DNA of 64,000 nucleotides, from the IMG/VR virus record IMGVR_UViG_3300037232_000040. One strand, 5' to 3'. The stretch's first letter is position 1, and every line of letters starts with the position of its first letter. Below, one piece after another: positions 7,554 to 14,900 of the stretch. This DNA is from a virus. Below the pieces are notes generated by a model, which saw only the letters and a list, made by a program, of their open reading frames with translations, was not told where the DNA came from and made no database searches. Position numbers and translations under genes: made by a program.

Positions 7554-7571
7554 TTTTGTGTATGTCCTTTC

Positions 7572-8048
7572 TTACAGCCTACGGTTGGTACCGGCAATCT
7601 TGGCAGCAGCGTTGAACTGCTGCTTGAATTGCTTTGCAGTAAGGGTTGCGCTACCCCTGACTTGCGCCTTGGCAGCAGATTTAATCACAGCCCCACTGGA
7701 GTTAGTAATGGTGCCTGCCGGGGCTTGCGCGGTAATGAAGCTCTCAATGGCCAGCACTACGGCCTGCACCAAAGCCTGCTGTTTGGGGCTAGCCTTAGTA
7801 GCTGCCTCTTGGTACAGCTGCAGCGCTGCAGCCAAGCAACTGTCAATCTTTTCGGTGGTTGTGCCGGGTGCAGCGGCACAGACAATGGACTGCGCAGCCT
7901 GCTCAACCAGGGGCGCAATGGCAGGGTCGGCAATGACAACCACGATGTCGGATGCAGATACAATATCCTGCATCAGGGTTGGCGCGCTGCACGCGGTACC
8001 TGCCAGCAGTACAACGATGGCTACTACGATAAGGCAAATAGTTTTCAT
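7572..8048 (-). CDS. lipoprotein (o-spanin-like position, 158 aa)
   Basis: ATG at 8048 gives MKTICLIVVAIVVLLAGTAC with lipobox LAGTAC. Confidence 0.6.
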   Translation of the reverse strand: MKTICLIVVAIVVLLAGTACSAPTLMQDIVSASDIVVVIADPAIAPLVEQAAQSIVCAAAPGTTTEKIDSCLAAALQLYQEAATKASPKQQALVQAVVLAIESFITAQAPAGTITNSSGAVIKSAAKAQVRGSATLTAKQFKQQFNAAAKIAGTNRRL

Positions 8049-8107
8049 AGCTTGTGTTTTCTCCTGTGGCACACGGCACACAGTGGGTGGCCACTTCTTT
8101 GTGGGGT

Positions 8108-8461
8108 TTATGTGGGTTGCTTGGGTGGTGTGGCTGTTAGCACCGCTGCAGTTACCAGAGGTGCTCCTTCAGGCGAGCTTGCGTTTATAGCTACCACGGC
8201 AGATGCTACTTGTTTGGGTGGCGTAGCTTGCAGCTGCGCCAGCTGGCCTTCTGTGCTGTGCCCACCAGCATAGCGTGAGTAGGCAAATGCTGCAAAGTTA
8301 AACAGCAGGCAATAGAACGGGTGCTCATTTAGGAATCCTAGCACCTGCCCGCGTGCGCTTGCATCAGCCGCTAGGAACAATGTAAACATTCCGTAGATAC
8401 TGACAAACGTATGCGCTGAAAGATTGTGTTGAACAACCCATAGGTTTATCTTGTTTAGCAA
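8108..8461 (-). CDS. two-TM membrane protein (holin- or spanin-like)
   Basis: TTG start overlaps the end of the transglycosylase gene. Hydrophobic segments are TFVSIYGMFTLFLAA and FYCLLFNFAAFAY. Confidence 0.45.
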   Translation of the reverse strand: MLNKINLWVVQHNLSAHTFVSIYGMFTLFLAADASARGQVLGFLNEHPFYCLLFNFAAFAYSRYAGGHSTEGQLAQLQATPPKQVASAVVAINASSPEGAPLVTAAVLTATPPKQPT

Positions 8462-8985
8462 GGCACCACCCCTCCATTGTAGTAGTTAACAACGTGGGTG
8501 GTATATGCAGGCGATATTTTGGCCTTGGGGTTTCCACCGTTCCAAGTGTCACAAATGTCGTGCAAAGTTTTGTCCTTCCAATGCTCAATTACATAGTGAT
8601 TGAAAAACTTAATGCTAGCTGCAAAAGTTAGCGCCGGGTCGGCCGCTAACTGCTCTGGTGTATAGGGCTGCAGGTTGTAGGCCATGACTTGCAACGGGCC
8701 GTAGCTGCAGGCACCGTCATAGGGGTACTTGGCAATGTACTCCTGCAAATCTGTACTTGCGGTGTACAAGGCACCACCCTTGTCCCAACTAGGCTCGTGG
8801 CGCGGTGCCATGTTAGCACCAAAGCTGCTCTCCACACCACACAGCGCCCACAACAGGCGTACACCGTCAATGGGCTTGCCGTTAGATGTGTCAACGGACT
8901 CAGCAAGTTCAAGCGCTGGTCCATTAGCGTGGCACAACTGCCCAAGCAATTGGCGTGATATGCTTCTTACGTATTTTTCTGTCAT
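8455..8985 (-). CDS. lytic transglycosylase/lysozyme-like endolysin
   Basis: LWALCGVESSFG (catalytic Glu box) and SYGPLQVM match the SLT-type goose-lysozyme-like motif. Confidence 0.75.
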   Translation of the reverse strand: MTEKYVRSISRQLLGQLCHANGPALELAESVDTSNGKPIDGVRLLWALCGVESSFGANMAPRHEPSWDKGGALYTASTDLQEYIAKYPYDGACSYGPLQVMAYNLQPYTPEQLAADPALTFAASIKFFNHYVIEHWKDKTLHDICDTWNGGNPKAKISPAYTTHVVNYYNGGVVPC

Positions 8986-9010
8986 GCTCCTCCACGATAT
9001 GTTTACTCTT

Positions 9011-9334
9011 TTACCTGTGACTCCGGTAATTCGACCACTCTAATCGCATTTGTTTCAGTTCCAACTGCAAAGCGACCAACTGCTCGTTGTTATCTTTCAG
9101 CGCTTCGGTAAGGTTCTGAATCTGAATCGCCTTGATCCCCTGGTCGCCCAGATTCTTTTGGACCTCTATTGCGAGCTGATCCTTGGAAACATACACTTCC
9201 TTGATGTTCTGGACATCGTTGCTCAGTTTGAAGTAACCCCCAATGGCCGGTAGCCACGAAGCCAGCAACGCCACGGTGAGGATGATATCGCGTATCGTGT
9301 ACGGCTTGTTGGGTTGGGGATCGTCCATCGTCAT
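9011..9334 (-). CDS. N-terminally anchored coiled-coil protein (i-spanin- or holin-regulator-like)
   Basis: TM segment IILTVALLASWLPAIGGYF is followed by heptad-rich NLTEALKDNNEQLVALQLELKQMRLE. Confidence 0.5.
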   Translation of the reverse strand: MTMDDPQPNKPYTIRDIILTVALLASWLPAIGGYFKLSNDVQNIKEVYVSKDQLAIEVQKNLGDQGIKAIQIQNLTEALKDNNEQLVALQLELKQMRLEWSNYRSHR

Positions 9335-9336
9335 TG

Positions 9337-9606
9337 CTAACTCCGACGAGACGCTGCTGGGGGGTCCATACGTTCGTCACTATCTTCTTGTTGCTCCTCT
9401 GAATCCCGCACCAGTGTGTGTAATGGTTTACCGTTAAAGGGTAAAACGTGGTACTGATCAATGAGTGTTCTCGGTAATGGTGTGCCGGTTTCTTTGGCTA
9501 CATAGATGATAGCCATGTTCAACCACTGAACATAACGTATCAGAGCGAATAGTAGCCGCCAAAGTATACCGGCTAGCAGTAGTGTAGACGAAACTCCGCC
9601 TACCAT
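9337..9606 (-). CDS. holin-like membrane protein with acidic C-terminus
   Basis: ATG at 9606 avoids overlap with the upstream gene (alternative start 9675). Hydrophobic LLLAGILWRLLFALI is followed by the charged tail SEEQQEDSDE. Confidence 0.5.
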   Translation of the reverse strand: MVGGVSSTLLLAGILWRLLFALIRYVQWLNMAIIYVAKETGTPLPRTLIDQYHVLPFNGKPLHTLVRDSEEQQEDSDERMDPPAASRRS

Positions 9607-9628
9607 TAGAATGATTTGGCCTCCAAGG

Positions 9629-11860
9629 CTAGCACGCACTGAGAATGTTCCCAAGAATAGGTTCCAAATGTACACCTACAACGTTCGGCTTATGGCCAAG
9701 CCTACTCCGCCTTTCTTTTAGAGATAGGAGCGCTACTGTACTGCTGTACTGGAAAATCTCATTCGGCTCGTTCCTTACGTGGATTCCAGGCGCAACAGCT
9801 ATGTTGATAGTGGCGTGTGCCGTGGCCCCCAAACTATCTGTCACCTGTATAAGTGCGCTGCAGGTACAGGTAGCCGTAGGCGTGCCAGTTATAAGCCCGG
9901 TACTGGTGTTGAGGGTTACGCCTGCAGGCAGCGAACCACTAAGTATAGTCCAAGAAGCGTAGACGCCACTGCCGCCTGAGGCTAGTAGCTGGTAGCTATA
10001 CACACCACCTCCCAGGTTTCCAGTTGGTGGAGTGGTGGTGGCGATAGTTAGTGTGCCGCCGCCGCCGCCCGCGCCGCACACGCTCGTCGCGCATAGGGTT
10101 GAGTAGTTTATACCAGCCTGCGTGCCATCGGTTGTGTGCGCGCTCCAATCCGGAATGAGCAGCCGGTAGTCACCTCCTCCGGGATTTACATAGGTGAAAG
10201 GAGTAGTGGTGGCGTCGTTCGACGTTCCCGGCCAAGTTTGTTGCTGATCACCGCTGGGCACGAACATCACATTCCCATAAAAACGGGGAGACAGAGGAGC
10301 CGGATCGCCCATGTAATAGCCTAATCCAACTATCCCGCCATAAATAGTTACCTCACCGCAATCACCATTTGCCTGCCGCGTCATCGCGTTGTCGAGAACC
10401 CAAACATTGTGAGTCGAGGAGTAGCCTTGCGGAGGGGTGCAGCCCCACGAAAGTTGAGGCAAGCTAAAATAAGCAGAATTCCAAAGAACCGAGCTATCAG
10501 CCATCAGCACGGTGTTGTGTTGAAAAATAAAATCAGTTTCCCCCGGCAAGCTACCATTGACTGGACCGCATCCGCTGCAGCCGCCGTCTAGCTTGAGGGC
10601 CCCATGCTGATAAGTGTCTTGGGTGTCTCTGAGCAAGATCAGGTTATTGTCAATCCACAGCCGCTTGCTTTCTCCCGCATTCGTACATTGCGGATAGCCG
10701 AAGGGTGCACCGCAATTGTTGTCGGCCTCCAGCGTCGAAATACCGGAATTAACGTTATTCAGGAGGTTACTCTGGAACGAAACGTCATCGACGACAGCGA
10801 TGTTGCCGCTTTGGCTGGTGCGTGGAGTGAAAACAACAGACGTCCCGGTTGTCGCGCTCATCCAGGTGTTCTGGAAGACATTGCCGGTGACCACCACTCG
10901 CTGCGCGCTCTTGAATTCTAAGTTGTCCTTCTCAACCCACTGATTATTAGTCCCCACCGGACAGGTGCTCCCATTCGCCAGTTGCTCCCCGGCTGGCACG
11001 GTTCCGCCAGCGCCGCAGGATTCCCAGGTTAGAGGTTTGAAGAAAAGATTCCGGCGAATCTCTATGTCCGAAGGAATATAAGGATCGTTGTAGCCACCAG
11101 CACCGCCGAACATCACGTCTTCCGTGGTGGCAGACAGGTAGTCATCAACGATCTTGATTGGACCTGGGGTCCAGAAGGCAAGTACTGCCTGAGAGTCAAA
11201 GACACTCTCGTGGATATCGGAAATGTAGCTGTCGATGACGGCGAAGTTGCTGCCATTGGCTTGCACGCCCTGGCCTACATCCTGGGTGGGCGAGCCATGA
11301 ATGTAGTCGCGATCAATGGTTATCGAGTCAGGAATAACTACTCCCAATACAGGGTTGACGTTTAAGCAGACTAGACAGTATGTGAAGTTATTGCTGGGCG
11401 GATTGTTGCTTGGGTTGCCGCCCTGGGTCGAATTGGACGTGATCTCTAATCCCACCAGGCGATAGTGGTTTGCGCCAGGCGCCAAATTGATCGGGGCGCT
11501 GGTATTGGTGGTTGTAATTGTCGGCATGTTCGGGGTGTTGCCGGGAGCAACCCTCGTCCCCGGAGCCGGCAAACTGGATAGCGCTGAACTCTCGATGTAA
11601 ATCCACTGGCCGCTCGGGTTAGGCTTCAAAGGCAGTGTGAAGTTGCCGCTGTAGGTCGTGCCGGCGTGGAGAACAATGGTGTCGCCGGGAAAGGATTGCA
11701 TAAGGTCGAGGCTCAACTGAGCGGCGGTAAGGGGGGACCATATGCGACCGTTCGGCGCATTCCAGGTGGTATCGATGTACACGTGCGGCGGTGTTGGGAC
11801 CGGCTCTTGGGCTGCGGCGACAACCATAAATAGAAGAACAAGAATCAACAGTTTCTTCAT
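9629..11860 (-). CDS. right-handed beta-helix protein with Sec-type signal peptide and C-terminal Ig-like domain (depolymerase or tailspike-like)
   Basis: AGGAG lies upstream. Starts MKKLLILVLLFMVVAAAQEP. Beta-helix style repeats are present (ITIDRDYIHGS, VVVTGNVFQNTWM). C-terminal LPAGVTLNTSTGLITGTP is a putative-Ig motif. Confidence 0.7.
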   Translation of the reverse strand: MKKLLILVLLFMVVAAAQEPVPTPPHVYIDTTWNAPNGRIWSPLTAAQLSLDLMQSFPGDTIVLHAGTTYSGNFTLPLKPNPSGQWIYIESSALSSLPAPGTRVAPGNTPNMPTITTTNTSAPINLAPGANHYRLVGLEITSNSTQGGNPSNNPPSNNFTYCLVCLNVNPVLGVVIPDSITIDRDYIHGSPTQDVGQGVQANGSNFAVIDSYISDIHESVFDSQAVLAFWTPGPIKIVDDYLSATTEDVMFGGAGGYNDPYIPSDIEIRRNLFFKPLTWESCGAGGTVPAGEQLANGSTCPVGTNNQWVEKDNLEFKSAQRVVVTGNVFQNTWMSATTGTSVVFTPRTSQSGNIAVVDDVSFQSNLLNNVNSGISTLEADNNCGAPFGYPQCTNAGESKRLWIDNNLILLRDTQDTYQHGALKLDGGCSGCGPVNGSLPGETDFIFQHNTVLMADSSVLWNSAYFSLPQLSWGCTPPQGYSSTHNVWVLDNAMTRQANGDCGEVTIYGGIVGLGYYMGDPAPLSPRFYGNVMFVPSGDQQQTWPGTSNDATTTPFTYVNPGGGDYRLLIPDWSAHTTDGTQAGINYSTLCATSVCGAGGGGGTLTIATTTPPTGNLGGGVYSYQLLASGGSGVYASWTILSGSLPAGVTLNTSTGLITGTPTATCTCSALIQVTDSLGATAHATINIAVAPGIHVRNEPNEIFQYSSTVALLSLKERRSRLGHKPNVVGVHLEPILGNILSAC

Positions 11861-11932
11861 TTTTTGAGAACTCCTAGTAACGCAAAAACATAGGTTTTGG
11901 TGCTTTGGAAACTAAACCGGAACCACACTTGA

Positions 11933-14900
11933 TCATCGATCTTGCGTACACGTCACCGCAACTTCGAACACGGGATAGGTCGAGCAGCCGACCGGAGGGG
12001 TCACAACATTGGTGCAGTAGGAAACCTGTCCGTTGGCGGCATCGTAGATTCTGCCCGCACCCAGGTCGCGCCATACCTCCGCAATGGTAAGGGTGGTGCC
12101 AACCGACGTCAGATTGGCGTTAGCGAGCGAGGTGCTGCCCAGAGTGCTGTTGGCCATAATGATGTTGTTGTTCCCACTCACCGTCAGACCCGAGAAGTTA
12201 TCGATCCAATTCAGCTGGTTGGCAATCGTGGCCTGAGTGGTGCAGCCTGCGCTGGCAACGGTTTGCGAAACGTCAAACTTGCAGGCGTAGTGGGTGGCCG
12301 CAGTCGGCTTGATTATGTTAATGGTGCTGATACAGCCGGTGCTCATTCCGGATGTGGTGGTGACAATTGTATCTGCTGGAGCATATTGGATATCGGGAAC
12401 GTTGGTGACGCCGGTTCCCGAAGAATTATTTAACTGAACTAGACCGCTGCTGATAGTAATCGGCGACGTCGCTCCTACAATCGATGCGCAAGGCCGAAAC
12501 GGGTTTGAAGCGTTGAAGTCTCCGATCTGCCCAGCGCCGGACGCCGCTGTGGTGACGATGCCCAGATATTCCAGGCAGCCGGAACCTGGCGGCGGCGGTG
12601 GAGAGTTTACGGTATAGCCGGAGTCGTGCCCGTAGCCCGACGTGGTGGTGCTGGCTACAATGTAGTGACCGACCACGCTGGCCCCGTCCATGTAAAGCGG
12701 AGTGTTCCCGGCTACGGAAAATTCCCCGGTCGCGCCGAGCTTGCACATGTCCACGCAAACATTCAGCGGGATGGCGGTGTCTCCGGTTGCCGCCGTGGTC
12801 CAGCCCGCCGGACCCTCTTTCGCCAGCTCGAAAAGGGTGGGCGCGCTGCTGGCGTTGATGCCATCGATCGTGGTCAGCCCTTTGCCCAGGCGGCGGCGAG
12901 CATGCAGATGAGGATAGGTTCGGACGATGTTCTGCGTGATCTGCTCGCCGACAAACTGCTTGCCCTCATCGCTGAGATGGACGCCATCGAGATACAAATA
13001 GCGGTTGTTGCCCACCGTCTCGTTCCCGATAAGGTCATTTACGTTGAAAAAAGAAATGGGACGGGCGGGCGTGGTCGCCATCCATGCCGTAGTCGAATCC
13101 AATACCGCGTTGCTGTAAGCCTGGGTCGTGTAGGCGCAAGTTCCAAGGCAAGTCTGGTTATTATCTTGCTGGCTGATCCAGCCTTCATCCGAGTTGGGGT
13201 TGGCCGCAGCCAGAGTGTTATGCAGCGTCGTCCATGTGCCCTGGGCGGTGGCCGGGGAGACCCCGGTATTGCGCTCATTTGTGCTGTAGCTCACCAGAAA
13301 GCTGTTGGCACAAAAATTGGTGCTGGCCGGAGTTGTGCCCTGGCAGTTGCTGGTGTTCCAGAGTTGCGCGCCGAAGCCGGTATTCAGGTTCCGCATGGCG
13401 GCGGTCTCGGAATCGGAGGCAAGTTTTTCCACGCGCACACCATAGCCATTGCTCAGGGCCGCAACCTGGTCCTGGGCGTCGGCACCAAGGAAGTAAGTGC
13501 GGGTTGCCGTGGTCGTAGTGAGTTTCAGGGAGTGAGACCCTTCGGGAATCGGGTTAGTGCCGTCCAGGGTGGCGACCAGCTGGGTGGCCCACCCCGCCGT
13601 GCCCGTGGTCTCGTTAATGGTCCCCTGGGAAGCGTTCGCATCGATGCCATAACTGAAACTGCCGCAACCGCTCACACAGGTGGGGTAGTAGATGACGAAT
13701 CCACCGCCATTGGCGCTGCTGCCGCTGACGTTGGGGCAGGTGATGGTCAGAGTGTCGCCCGAGGTTGCGTCGGAAATCTCGGTGTCGTCCGGGCTGTAAA
13801 TGCTGTTGCCGGTGCCGTTGGTTTCCTGGGTCCAGTGGCTGGCGTTGATGACGGAGGCGCTACAGCCGTCGGGCGCGGGGTTATGCACGTTCCCGTCCCA
13901 TCCGGTGAAGCCGACCTGACCCGCTGCCTGGGCCGACACCCAGCCCGGTCCGGCGTTGCCGTACATCTCGTGTAGGATGCCGGCCATGACCGTACACCAA
14001 GACTTCCCATCGTTCGCGCCGGAGGTGATCGAATCGCCGATGCAGGCAATAACGTTCTGCGGTTGCTGGCCCGTTGCCGGGGTACCCCGAATCTCGCTCA
14101 GCGCATTCTGCCCAAAAGCAAAGGCGGCAGCGTATTCAGAGTGGACAGCCAACTCTGCCAACTCGGTTTCTGACTGGTTGCTAGTTCCGTCATAGACCCG
14201 TGAGTGTCCTAGCGCGGTGTTGAACCAGCTCCAACCCGTCCCTGGGGAGGAGACGTCGCCGGTGTTGAGGGAAAAGAAAGTGTTGACCGCCGTAGGTACG
14301 GCTGGGGAACTAGTGTTGTTGGCCAGGACTGTATAAGCAGCCTGGGACCCGAGTCCGCCGGTGCTCAGCGCCACATTCGACCAGATATGAGTACTGGTGC
14401 TGTAGCCGCAGGCGTGCGTGGCGTCACCGCAATTAACGAACTGCCCGGCTATAGGATCGCTGCTGCCCACGCCAGCTAGATACTGATCCGTACCCAGTGC
14501 GACGAAGTTAAAAGCTGATGCACCTTCGGCGATCGGTACTTCATGGGCTGACGGACTCACAGTTCCCGTTCCGCCCAGAGGCGCGCCAACTGCGCCCGAA
14601 AGATTGGCCGGGTTGAGCGCGGTCAAAGCCGAGGCGTTTACTGCCGGAAGGTGCGCACTGCCGTCTAACTGCACCAGGTCATCGGCTGCGACTCCAAGCG
14701 CGTAGGAAGATGAGCACCAGGCCGACCCAGTTGAGCAAGCAACTCCCGCCGACGGATAGATCATGCTGCTGCTACCGCCGGGGCATGGCGAACCAGAGCA
14801 GGTGAAGCTGGTAACAGCTAACGCGCCGGTGGAGTTGACGCTAAAACCCGTGCCTACCACCAGCGAGTTGGCGATCTGCGTCCCCGCCGGATTGACGTAC

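Noticed and set aside
12626-13975. 449-aa plus-strand ORF inside the fibre gene, and many similar antisense ORFs (7291..8190, 7629..8273, 28489..29334, 30561..31109, 32367..32999, 58304..59134)
   Set aside because: Each is antisense to a gene with recognisable motifs or clear operon context. Their sequences are Arg/Gly/Ala-rich or low-complexity.
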